Below the pieces are notes generated by a model. The model was given only the letters and a program-made list of their open reading frames with translations. It did not search any database and was not told the DNA's origin. From sequence record DRR378314_251: a DNA stretch of 64,000 nucleotides. The stretch is one strand, 5' to 3'. The position numbers were made by a program, and so were the translations under genes. Positions 1 through 9,570 of this stretch are shown one piece after another (position 1 is the stretch's first letter; each line of letters begins with the position of its first letter).

Positions 1-1
1 A

Positions 2-370
2 TTGATTTCGGCCGGCCTGACCGACGATCAGATCATTGTCGTCGGTGCCAACATCGAAGCCATTGGCTCACCGGACCAGATACCGGCCCATGTCGACCAT
101 GTTCAGGTGAAGGATTTCAAAGCCGACAATCCTCCGATCGAGTTGATGGCCCAGTTTGAACCCGAAACCAGAATGATCGCTTTTCCGTATAGTGATGACC
201 GCTCGGGTGGTCATGGCGACAAGGCTTCTGAAAGCGATCCCGATTCGGGCTGGGGTTGGCTGGTCGATCACGGCATAGACATGTTCCTGACCGATCACCC
301 AGACGCCGCCATCGCGTATTTGGAATCCCGTGGTCTTCGTAACCGCGAAGCTGTTTCCTCGACAAATTAG
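2..370 (+). CDS. Glycerophosphodiester phosphodiesterase family protein, C-terminal part (5' end outside window)
   Basis: C-terminal GWGWLVDHGIDMFLTDHPDAAIAYL resembles the GDPD-family end (G-x-D-x-x-x-TD-x-P). Confidence 0.7.
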   Translation: MISAGLTDDQIIVVGANIEAIGSPDQIPAHVDHVQVKDFKADNPPIELMAQFEPETRMIAFPYSDDRSGGHGDKASESDPDSGWGWLVDHGIDMFLTDHPDAAIAYLESRGLRNREAVSSTN

Positions 371-475
371 GCGGTGAAAGGACCCAACCTCCCAATTCCC
401 GCGTCAAATACCATCAGAAAGCCACCACTCTGAACGCGGAAAGACCGCGCAAACTTCTCTGCGCTCAGGCTGCTT

Positions 476-510
476 ACCTCGGGCGAGGCCGTTTAAACCT
501 TGCCCGAGGT
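476..510 (+). terminator. GC-rich hairpin downstream of GDPD, possible terminator
   Basis: ACCTCGGGCGAGG-ccgtttaaa-CCTTGCCCGAGGT, 13-bp stem with one G-U pair; no strong U-tract. Confidence 0.45.
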
Positions 511-1124
511 TCAGCATAACTGACCTAGAGTTACTCAGCGCCATCGAGACGGCCCACACAGACCGTGACCGGCCCGACTGTCAGAATGAAATCATTCCCA
601 CTCGATAATGAACGAGCCTAATTTAGTGTTCAATTACAGAATGTTAAACGAGCCTGTGTATGAAAGTACCGTTATCCACAACTTATTTTTTCAAGGCTGG
701 GTTTTCAATCATGAACCCAGCGTCGAAGATAAGGATTGACAGAATTTGGTGCACGCCGTTCTCCGTTCACTATCTGCGAAGGTTCTTTCATATACGGGTT
801 TCAAGAGAAGCAAAGTTGCGTCCTCTGTGACCTGAGGACCTCGGGGCCCACATTCATTTCGAGAGTCTGCCCCCTTGTAGTCCATTGGTTGAGGTGCGGC
901 GAGCGCGTCGGTAGCGGATCTTCCGACATTGCGGGCTTCAGCCCCGCCCAGCCATAAGTGAGGCAGGTGGTGATTGTTTTCGTGACGACGGACACCGGCG
1001 TTCGGGAAATCTGAAACACATATTGATGAAATTCAGGCTTGACCCTCACGCTAGTGGCAACCCGCTACCTAGACTATGCGCTCTTTAGCGCAGCCATGTT
1101 TCAAAAGTGAAAGCAAGACTGAAT

Positions 1125-1889
1125 ATGACACAACTTAGCGAATGGTACGGTAAAGTCGCGATCGTAACCGGGGGCAGTTCCGGCATCGGAAAAGCAACAG
1201 CTTTGGCGCTACAGGCGCAAGGGGCCAAAGTGGTCATCACTGGCCGCGACCGGGCCAAGCTCGACAACATCGCGAACCAGTATGATGGGATTACAACCGT
1301 TCAGGCCAATAGCGCAGATCCAGCAAGCGCAGAACGCATCGTCGCAGCTGCATTGAATGAATCGGGTCGAATTGACTTTGTCATGAATAATGCGGGCGCT
1401 GGCGCCCTGCTTCCAGTCAGTGACTACAACTACGATACAATTGCCAATCTCTGCGCTGTCAACATTACTGCTCCATCACTTCTGGTTAAGGAAGCGCTAC
1501 CCGCACTGAAAGAATCGAAAGGTACGATCGTAAATATCGGAACCGCCATTTCCCGAAACGCAGCACCAATGCTTGCGCATTATTCGGCAACGAAAGCCGC
1601 ACTCGAGCATCTAACGCAGGCATGGGCTGTCGAGCTTGCTGGTGACGGAATACGCGTCAATGCAATTGCACCCGGTCCCGTGAAAAGTGGCGCGCTAACC
1701 GGACTAATGGGCTTGTCCGACGAGATGGCAAATTCCATCGAAGAAGCTGAAGCCGCTCAAGTGCCGCTCGGCCGCCGAGGCGTTACAGACGATATTGTCC
1801 CTTGGATTTTGAAGCTCGCGAGCCCCGCAAACAAATGGACAAGCGGCCAGGTGATTACCGTGGATGGCGCCTGGACACTTCGAAGCTAA
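1125..1889 (+). CDS. SDR family NAD(P)-dependent oxidoreductase
   Basis: TGGSSGIG, NNAG, YSATK, RVNAIAPG, VDG motifs; ATG 1125 preferred to GTG 1107. Confidence 0.93.
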   Translation: MTQLSEWYGKVAIVTGGSSGIGKATALALQAQGAKVVITGRDRAKLDNIANQYDGITTVQANSADPASAERIVAAALNESGRIDFVMNNAGAGALLPVSDYNYDTIANLCAVNITAPSLLVKEALPALKESKGTIVNIGTAISRNAAPMLAHYSATKAALEHLTQAWAVELAGDGIRVNAIAPGPVKSGALTGLMGLSDEMANSIEEAEAAQVPLGRRGVTDDIVPWILKLASPANKWTSGQVITVDGAWTLRS

Positions 1890-2267
1890 ATCACTCCGTC
1901 AGATATCTGAGCTCCGCCTTAAGGCGACTCTACAGCTCGCTCTGACAGCTCCGAAGACGGATGTTTAAGTTCGCCGTCATTACAAAATGATGACCGGATT
2001 CTTTTGTTGTCCGAACAACCAGATAACACTGAAAGCAGAAGATTGCCCTCCCGCACTTCGTCAGTGAGGTTTCGGATTTAATGTTGGCACCCTATCGAAT
2101 GGATAGTTTGAATCTGGTCTGGAGCACATCACACACAACCTGCCAAGACAATTTGGTGTCCGGTTTGGTTACATATTCTAAGCCGGAATTCTGGCAAAGG
2201 CTTTAATGGGAGCCTTTGCCAGATGCTCATCAGAGCATTCTCATTTTATTTTTTGGAGATGAAGATC

Positions 2268-2981
2268 ATGAAAGTCGTTCCCTATCCGGATCAATGGCTC
2301 GACTACAAGCCGCTACCAAACATGAAAGGCAAGTGCCTTGGAGTATTCGCTCACGTTTTTGTAAAACATGGTGCGCAAGGCCGTATTAGGGATGTGTATA
2401 GAAACATTGTTGATGTCGCGATCGAAGAGAAAACTTGTATCGTGCTGTCAGGCGGTCAGTCCCTCATTGATCCGAAACATAATCTCTTGTACGAGGAATG
2501 GACGGACTATGAAGAGTTCTTCCAAGTCCAAACAAGAAGACCTTACAGACACGGCTTCATGCGCTGGCTGGATCCGATTCGGTCCGGGCCGGTGATCCCC
2601 GAATTTACAGAAATGTTCTACAGTACGGGCAGGCACCCCTACAATTTGGCGCACAATGCCTATAGCCTCGTTCAAAGTGTTCACGTTTCCGCCGGCCGGG
2701 AAAATGACGCAAGAGAACTTTGTACGCAGTATATCGATCAGATCGCTTCCGACCCAAATAACCTTCACGCAAATGCACACCAATCCCTGAACAATCCACA
2801 GCATTTCCTCCTGTATGAAGTCTGGCCAGATATCAATCATCTCATCAAGGCCGATCTGCAAAGCGACCGTCGCGCTGATCTTCAAGTGCAGATTAGCGCT
2901 TTGAAAGATGACGCTTTGCCAGAACCGGCCATGGAAGTATTTCAGATTTACTATGATCCGAACAAATACGGTCCGTCCTGA
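2268..2981 (+). CDS. Tandem ABM / putative quinol monooxygenase-like (dimeric alpha-beta barrel) protein
   Basis: Two repeats: QSLIDPKHNLLYEEW and QSLNNPQHFLLYEVW; GGAG 9 nt before ATG 2268. Confidence 0.65.
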   Translation: MKVVPYPDQWLDYKPLPNMKGKCLGVFAHVFVKHGAQGRIRDVYRNIVDVAIEEKTCIVLSGGQSLIDPKHNLLYEEWTDYEEFFQVQTRRPYRHGFMRWLDPIRSGPVIPEFTEMFYSTGRHPYNLAHNAYSLVQSVHVSAGRENDARELCTQYIDQIASDPNNLHANAHQSLNNPQHFLLYEVWPDINHLIKADLQSDRRADLQVQISALKDDALPEPAMEVFQIYYDPNKYGPS

Positions 2982-3130
2982 CGGTACGCCGCCACATTCA
3001 CGGTGGGGCGTAATGAGCCCGGCGTTGAATCAACTAAGTACGATTGAGGCTTTTCTCTTCCGCGCCCTGCGAAATTGATCTCGCAAACTTAATCGTCAAA
3101 TCATAACCGATCGAATTGGACATTCTGGCC

Positions 3131-3210
3131 AGAGTGCGGTGAGCTTTTGAAGCATCGTTTCCTCAAACGGCGCTTCCCCTGCACAAAGGCTCACCGCACT
3201 TTCTTTTCCT
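3131..3210 (+). other. Nested stem-loop followed by U-rich tract (terminator or sRNA 3' end)
   Basis: AGTGCGGTGAGC (3133-3144) pairs with GCTCACCGCACT (3189-3200); inner GAAGC/GCTTC and CGTTT/AAACG stems; followed by TTCTTTTCCT. Confidence 0.55.
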
Positions 3211-3496
3211 ACTTGATACGCCAGCGGGATGAGGCCCCTCTCGGCTTCCACCATTCATGCCGCAGCCAGTACTCCTGACCATCGCAAGCCGTTCAGACCA
3301 ACGCCATACATGAATGAGGAAACTGGCCGCAGGTGATCAATCAAGTGGTTCTCGCGATTGAAAACGAGTTCGTGATCAGCCTGTCTGTCTTTTCTTGTTG
3401 TTATCCCCAACCGCAACAAGTTTTTGCAATCTGGACCTGAACATACGGGCGCATGAGACGATCCGCGGAAACGTTCGATCGCCGTGTGATGAACAT

Positions 3497-3853
3497 TTAT
3501 TCAGACAGAGCGTGCCTCATCTCGGCCAGCGTCTGAACGACGGCCTTCCTCCGCTCCTCCAGGTCTGCTCGCATGCGGTCAATGCTTTTGAGCTTTTCCA
3601 GCATCATAGGAATGCCGCCCTCGCAAGGGCCAGCACCTTCGTCCGAAAGGCAAGCAGACATTTTGCGAACTTCACGCGTCGAAAATCCAGACGCGATGAA
3701 ATCCCGGATGCGTTGAGCGCGACGCAAGTCCGCTTCGCTGAAGATGCGATAGCCTTTGTCGGAACGACGGATATCCAGAAGGCCAGCCTCCTCATAGTGG
3801 CGCAACATCCGCTCGGTAATTCCCAGCTTTCTGGCGGCCTCGTTGATCTGCAT
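3497..3853 (-). CDS. MerR family transcriptional regulator
   Basis: INEAARKLGITERMLRHYEEAGLL...GYRIF HTH; GGAG RBS; C-x7-C in C-terminal part. Confidence 0.92.
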   Translation of the reverse strand: MQINEAARKLGITERMLRHYEEAGLLDIRRSDKGYRIFSEADLRRAQRIRDFIASGFSTREVRKMSACLSDEGAGPCEGGIPMMLEKLKSIDRMRADLEERRKAVVQTLAEMRHALSE

Positions 3854-4084
3854 GATGGCTCCTTCCGGGTGTTGTATTACTTTCTACAAGTGATCATGGC
3901 ATTGAATAATCTCAAGGCTCTTTCGCCACCAGCCCTGGATCACCTTCCCGCTCCCACCATCTTCAGCAAACGTCGGTATTCTCACAAACGGCTAGGATCC
4001 CTCCGCCTCCCATTGTTCAAATTGTTCAAACGTGATGTTTTCTGATTCCGGCGACCCAGGCCGATTTTGTCCTCATATACTTTG

Positions 4085-4698
4085 CATTCAGAGTTGCCGA
4101 TAATCCGATACTTCTCAACATGTCCTGCGCGTAGATCGACGCCTCCACAGTCTTGCTGGCCCAGCACGGTATGACTGACATTCCTGATACCTGTCACAAC
4201 ATACTGGCCGGCGCAGCCCTGATGGCCGGATACGCAATCTGCCAGATGATTGTCTGGAGCGTCACCCGCTACTTTGGAGCTCCGGTTTCTCCGGAAATTC
4301 TGTTCTTTTTCCGAAACCTTGTTGGAGCCAGGCTTGTTCTGCCACTCATCATCAGAGCTAAATAACAAGTTCTAAAAACAGACAGAATTGGTACGCATTT
4401 TATCAGATCCATCACCGCACTCGTCGGCGGCCTTTCGCGCTTTGTCGCACTTCTCAATGCGCCCCCTGCTACTGTGGTTGCGATTGCTTTTCTCGCATCC
4501 GTTCTGGCGAGCGCTTACAATAGCATTGTTGACGGAAAGAAGACCTCGCCGGATCAAATCCTAACCCTGATATTGGCATTTTCCAGGATGCTCGTCATAT
4601 AGCGCCCTTGGGGTTCACGTCGTCCTTTGGCTTGATTGCTGCGCTGATGGCGGCGCTTGCTACCACAGCAGCCGACATATACATGCGGAAGCTTGCGT
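4085..4698 (+). pseudogene. Degraded copy of the upstream region and 5' half of the DMT transporter gene at 23680-24564
   Basis: PEILFFFRNLVGA identical to the intact copy; in-frame TAA at 4363-4365, then ALVGGLSRFVALLNAP and AALMAALATTAADIYMRKL, with a second stop; truncated. Confidence 0.88.
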
Positions 4699-4975
4699 TC
4701 CAGTAGATGGCTCGACTCCATTCGCCCTGGAATAAGCGGATGCTATAACCATTGCCGCACCCAAGGAATTGATTGATCTCTTCATTTCCGGGAATGGTCC
4801 GTAGGCATCTCTTCTATCTCAACGCCCCCCGAGCCAGCGAAAATCGCATGGCTTTTTCCCCAATCAAGAGACTGGTCCTCCCTCATTTCAAAGGGAATCT
4901 TGAACAACGAACAAGCTGAAACTGGAAACCGCTTTGCAATGCTCCTCTGCACAAAGAGCTTCTCTCCGGTCGACG
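4699..4975 (-). pseudogene. Two fused fragments of the MBL-fold gene at 21544-22473
   Basis: 4699-4874 aligns with 21843-22017 (roughly 85-90% by eye, with a 1-nt indel); 4939-4962 ATGCTCCTCTGCACAAAGAGCTTC matches the RBS region 22479-22501. Confidence 0.88.
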
Positions 4976-5620
4976 GTCGCAGGTCCGAACGTCTGCCCCC
5001 TGCGCGGAAAGACTTTCACGCGATTCGCCCCATCCATCTTGGCAACGACCCTCAGTCCAGCTTACCCATTTGTGGCCGCAGCGCAATTTCGACACGGCAA
5101 ATCATGTAAGGTAAACCGACACAATAGCACCTTATTTGTCATTGTGAACGAACCTCCCCAACCATAGTCTCAGCCCGTGGTCTCAGGCTAGACGAGCCAC
5201 TCGATACCATATGCGTTCCCCGAACAAATACATCCGGGGCTGCACTGGGCATCACCCTTTTGGGAAAAGTGAGAGGTTACGCGATGCGGCCGAGTCTTGG
5301 CGAACTTAATTACACCGATCCATCGCCGCAGAATTGTTGTCAGCGGTCCGGACATTCTCCGTTTGAACACGACAAGCTGAAGGCAAGTTGCCAGTTGGCG
5401 CTCATCATGACCCGGTCACGGTTTAGTGGGCTATTGCGCGCAATCACTTCAGCCATACGCCATATTGGCCAGAAATCTCAGACTTCATGCCCCTTATACA
5501 ATTCAGGTAACGTGACTGTCTGGCTCGAAACGGTCGTAAACGCTAGCCGATTGAACCAACGACCTCACCAAGTCGACTACCCCAAAAAATCCGAAGCGAG
5601 CACCCGGCGGACCAGCAGTC

Positions 5621-7285
5621 ATGCTGATTCTTGAAGTCCTGATTGATCTTGGCGCAGGCATCGCCCTACTAATATGGGCGACTGGTTTTGTGAAAGCCAA
5701 TCTTGGGCTGGCCTTTGGCAGCCGACTGAAAACGGCTGTATCCCATGCCACGAGTAGCCGACTAATCGCCTGCGCAACGGGAGGATGGGCTGCCTTCCTG
5801 CTGCAAAGTTCATCAGCTACTGCCCTGCTGGTTACTACGTTCGCTGCCCAGCGACTGGTGACAGCAGCTCCGGGTCTCGCACTTATGCTAGGTGCCGATC
5901 TCGGCTCTTCCCTCGTTCCATTAATTTTCCTGTTGAAAACGACTCTACTCAGCCATGCTCTTCTAGTAACCGGCGCAGCGCTATCAACGTTGCCAAGGCG
6001 ACGCGACATGCGCGCATGCGGCGGCATCCTGCTTGGACTTGGTCTGATTCTGGTATCGCTAGAGTTGATCGTTTCTGCTGTTGAACATGGCGCCGGGGCG
6101 GCGTCTATCAGTCCAATGTTGGGCGATCTCGCGCCTCGTGTTGGATTTGCGTTCGGGGCTGGCCTCCTCTTGGCTTGGGTCGCCCATTCAAGCATAGCAA
6201 CCATATTGCTATGCGTTTCACTTGCAGCCAGCAGCGTTCTGAGTTCCGATACCGCTTTCGCAGCCATACTGGGCGCCAATGCAGGGTCTGGCTTGGTTCC
6301 AATGGCCGCCGGTTGGGCTGCCGGCCGCGAAGCTCAATTGATCCTGGTCGGCAATTTTCTTCTGAGACTGATCGGCGCCTGCGCTGGCCTTCTGATACTG
6401 ACACTCTCACCGAACATTCAGGAGTGGATAGCCACCCAAGGGTCCAGCCAGTTGCTCTTTCTACACCTTGGTTTTAATTTTCTTCTGGTCATGTCCTGCC
6501 TGCCTCTCACGCATTCACTGGCTTATTTGGCAGGACGCATCATTCCGGGACCCGGAACAGTTCAGAGCCACCAATCCATCGCCAATCCCTCCTATGGTGC
6601 CAGTCCAGATCAGACGCTTAGGAATGCCGAGCAGATTACCCTGTCGCTAGCAGACACGGTCGAGACCATGCTGTCCGAGGCCTTAGTCGTTCTTCGACAT
6701 CATGATATTGAACGATGTGACAGGCTGACCAGTCTAGATGATGAGATCGACAGGAAGCATGGAGACATCAAGTTACAGCTCACGCGCCTGATGCAGCAGC
6801 CGCTAAACCCAGCCCAAATCCGCAAATGTTACGAACTGCTCCACTTTGCCACTCATCTTGAACATGCTGGCGATATTATCGATCATGGCCTGCTTAAACA
6901 CGCCGCCAAACGAATGCACAACGGCGTCGATTTCTCGCAGCAAGGTTGGGAGGACATTGAAGAACTCCATGGTCAGGCGACAGAGCAACTGCGGCGGGTC
7001 CGGACGCTTCTGACAGCTCCTGACCACGCCCTTGCCCACAGCTTAATTGCAGAAAAGGACCGGTTCCGGACTTACGAGCGTGAAGCCACTCAACGCCACT
7101 TTGACCGCCTGGGGCGTGGTTGCACAATCACGCTTCAGACCAGTGACATCGACCTCGATATTCTAAGAGACCTCAAGCGTATCATGGCGCACTTTTCGAG
7201 CCCGGCCCTGCCGATACTAGAATCTACCGGCGCCCTTCGGTCCACGAGGCTGCGCAACAGAAGCTCGATAGATGGGAGGGGCTAA
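5621..7285 (+). CDS. Na/Pi cotransporter family protein with C-terminal PhoU domains (YjbB-like)
   Basis: LQSSSAT, LGADLGS, HSSIAT, LGANAGS repeats; LEHAGD and ILRDLKRI in PhoU-like helices. Confidence 0.92.
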   Translation: MLILEVLIDLGAGIALLIWATGFVKANLGLAFGSRLKTAVSHATSSRLIACATGGWAAFLLQSSSATALLVTTFAAQRLVTAAPGLALMLGADLGSSLVPLIFLLKTTLLSHALLVTGAALSTLPRRRDMRACGGILLGLGLILVSLELIVSAVEHGAGAASISPMLGDLAPRVGFAFGAGLLLAWVAHSSIATILLCVSLAASSVLSSDTAFAAILGANAGSGLVPMAAGWAAGREAQLILVGNFLLRLIGACAGLLILTLSPNIQEWIATQGSSQLLFLHLGFNFLLVMSCLPLTHSLAYLAGRIIPGPGTVQSHQSIANPSYGASPDQTLRNAEQITLSLADTVETMLSEALVVLRHHDIERCDRLTSLDDEIDRKHGDIKLQLTRLMQQPLNPAQIRKCYELLHFATHLEHAGDIIDHGLLKHAAKRMHNGVDFSQQGWEDIEELHGQATEQLRRVRTLLTAPDHALAHSLIAEKDRFRTYEREATQRHFDRLGRGCTITLQTSDIDLDILRDLKRIMAHFSSPALPILESTGALRSTRLRNRSSIDGRG

Positions 7286-7544
7286 CTGACCGAGTTTCGA
7301 GGACACGTCGCCGGAGTACCCAGACTTGTCTTTTATTCCGACGCATTGCCCCGAATTTTGACCTATAAGGTAACCGCCCACCATGACACAGTGATCGGAA
7401 GGTGCTGGCGCCGGATCCGGTACATGCTGTTGAATTTACAGTTTTCCAGACAGCTCTGTCGTCCGACGACCGGTGAGAATACGGCTAGACTAGTTGCCTG
7501 TCACGTTCAGGACATACCGGATACCGACAATACCTGAAACCTGA

Positions 7545-9050
7545 GTGGAGAAAAAATTGAAAGACACGACCTGGATCGAACGGGCGGGCAAGGCTGACTA
7601 TACCGTCCTCAATGTTGTGGGAGGCAAGAGAAGCGCGCCAGCGGGTCCTACCCTGATCGAAAAGTTTGCCGCACGTGATGGAGAGAAGATTGCCCAATTT
7701 GCAGAAGGTACAGCGGATGATGTCGACAAGGCAGTTGCCACAGCAAAGGCAGCCTTCGACGACGGACGCTGGTCGCGTAAATCCGTCCACACCCGCGCAT
7801 CAATACTTTTTACGCTCGCAGACCTCGTCGAAGATGCGCGAGAAGAGCTCGCTTTACTCGAGAGCCAGGATACCGGAAAGCCGATTTCCCATGCCCTTGG
7901 CGATATTGCCACGGTCGCCTCTACAATCCGCAGCGCAGCCAAGAATGCACCTCTCATAAATGGCCCCTCCACGATGGACGGCGACAGCTTTTGCCACCAG
8001 CTTCGCAAGCCAGTGGGAGTATGCGCAGCGATAGTCGGCTGGAACTACCCTCTTGTACTCGCCTCGCAGAAAGTGGGTCCAGCACTCGCGATGGGGAATA
8101 CTCTGGTGTTAAAACCTTCAGAATATACGTCGTTGTCAACTTGGCGGCTCGCAGAGCTGGCATTGGAGGCAGGGGTGCCGGAGGGTGTCTTCAATGTCAT
8201 CAACGGCGCTGGCGCCACGGTCGGAAATACGCTCGCGCATCACATGGATATCCGCTTACTGAGTTTTACTGGATCTTCAGCTACCGGAAGATTGCTGATG
8301 AAGGCTTCCGGCGCATCAAACATGAAGCGGCTCATTCTCGAATGCGGTGGCAAATCGCCTTTTCTTGTGTTTGACGACTATGAGGGCAGTCTCGAAGCGC
8401 TCGCCCGCAAGATAATTGTGGATACCACGTTTCGCAATCAAGGGGCACTATGTGTCTCCAGCTCCCGTATTTTTCTGCAGGCCGGAATTCGTGAAAAGCT
8501 CCTGCCAGAATTGATTCGAGTAACAGACTCAATACGTCCTCAGGACCCGCTTGAGGAAGGAGCGACCTTCGGGGCCATCATGAATGAAATGCACTTTAAT
8601 AAGGTCCTCGCCTACTATCAGGAAGCTCTAGACGGAGGCGCCCGCGCTCTGACGGGCGGCGGTCCAACCCTTGAGGACACCGGCGGATATTACCTTATCC
8701 CCTGCCTGCTGGACAACGTTGATCATAACTCGCCAATTGACCGCGACGAAGTTTTTGGACCGATCGCCGGGATCTACACGTTCCAATCTGAGAATGAGGC
8801 GATCTGCAAGGCCAATGACAGCGAATTTGGTCTTGCCGCTTATGTGGCAAGTAGCGATCTATCACGACACAACCGACTCGCGCGAGCACTTGATGTCGGC
8901 AACCTGATGATGTTCGCTCGTCTGAATGGTACGCCGGGGGGCGTGGTGTTTGGCACCGAGCCGCACAAGCAGTCCGGCCTCAATTTCGAGCATGGTATTC
9001 CTGGACTGGCTGCCTGGACATCCGCAACTGGGGTGATCTCCCGATTTTGA
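7545..9050 (+). CDS. Aldehyde dehydrogenase (PuuC-like)
   Basis: GWNYP, LKPSE, FTGS, LECGGKSP, catalytic Cys in NQGALC, EVFGP; GTG start. Confidence 0.93.
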   Translation: MEKKLKDTTWIERAGKADYTVLNVVGGKRSAPAGPTLIEKFAARDGEKIAQFAEGTADDVDKAVATAKAAFDDGRWSRKSVHTRASILFTLADLVEDAREELALLESQDTGKPISHALGDIATVASTIRSAAKNAPLINGPSTMDGDSFCHQLRKPVGVCAAIVGWNYPLVLASQKVGPALAMGNTLVLKPSEYTSLSTWRLAELALEAGVPEGVFNVINGAGATVGNTLAHHMDIRLLSFTGSSATGRLLMKASGASNMKRLILECGGKSPFLVFDDYEGSLEALARKIIVDTTFRNQGALCVSSSRIFLQAGIREKLLPELIRVTDSIRPQDPLEEGATFGAIMNEMHFNKVLAYYQEALDGGARALTGGGPTLEDTGGYYLIPCLLDNVDHNSPIDRDEVFGPIAGIYTFQSENEAICKANDSEFGLAAYVASSDLSRHNRLARALDVGNLMMFARLNGTPGGVVFGTEPHKQSGLNFEHGIPGLAAWTSATGVISRF

Positions 9051-9570
9051 GCTAAGTGGAGCGATAAAGAAACAATCAGCACTGCCTGCTCCACTCGTGA
9101 ACGAGGGTACGCGCTCAAGACCCAAGTGGGGGGACCGGATCAATAGTGCCATCAGTTGTGCGGCCGTTCTCAGCCAGTAGCACGTTCTGACGTCTTGCTG
9201 GCGAGCCTCGCACGTGGCGATATCCGCGCCTACTGATTGGACGTGATCTGATCTTTCTGGATTGCGTTTTGTCTGGCAGCCGCTCGATGAATGGGAAGGG
9301 CGGTAGTCCCACTATGACTCCAATCACCAAGACGAATGAAAGGGAATCAAGGTCGTCTTTGCGTCGCGCCCGCCCGAGCCGAAAGAGCGCAAGCAATGAT
9401 CAGATCCGCGCCGAGGAAGACGCTGATAATACGTCTGTTTGACCGACAACAGTGTCTGCAATTTCTAATTTTCTTCTCGCAAGCGAACCGGGACATTGCA
9501 CTTCATATCCAGAAATTTGTTCCCGCGAGCATGCAAATCTAGCGGAGCAGCCATATTAAAAGAGTGACAA

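Noticed and set aside
672-680. Perfect DnaA box TTATCCACA
   Set aside because: Single 9-mer with no cluster or replication genes nearby; expected by chance in 64 kb
713-760. PSVE / GLTEFG resembling an HxlR C-terminus
   Set aside because: Too short, split across frames, no supporting HTH
7474-7484. TGAGAATACGG also present at 18610
   Set aside because: 11-nt match with unrelated flanks; chance level
9240-9300. FIERLPDKTQSRKIR on the minus strand resembling an AMP-binding enzyme C-terminus
   Set aside because: Only about 15 residues; possible relic but unsupported without a search
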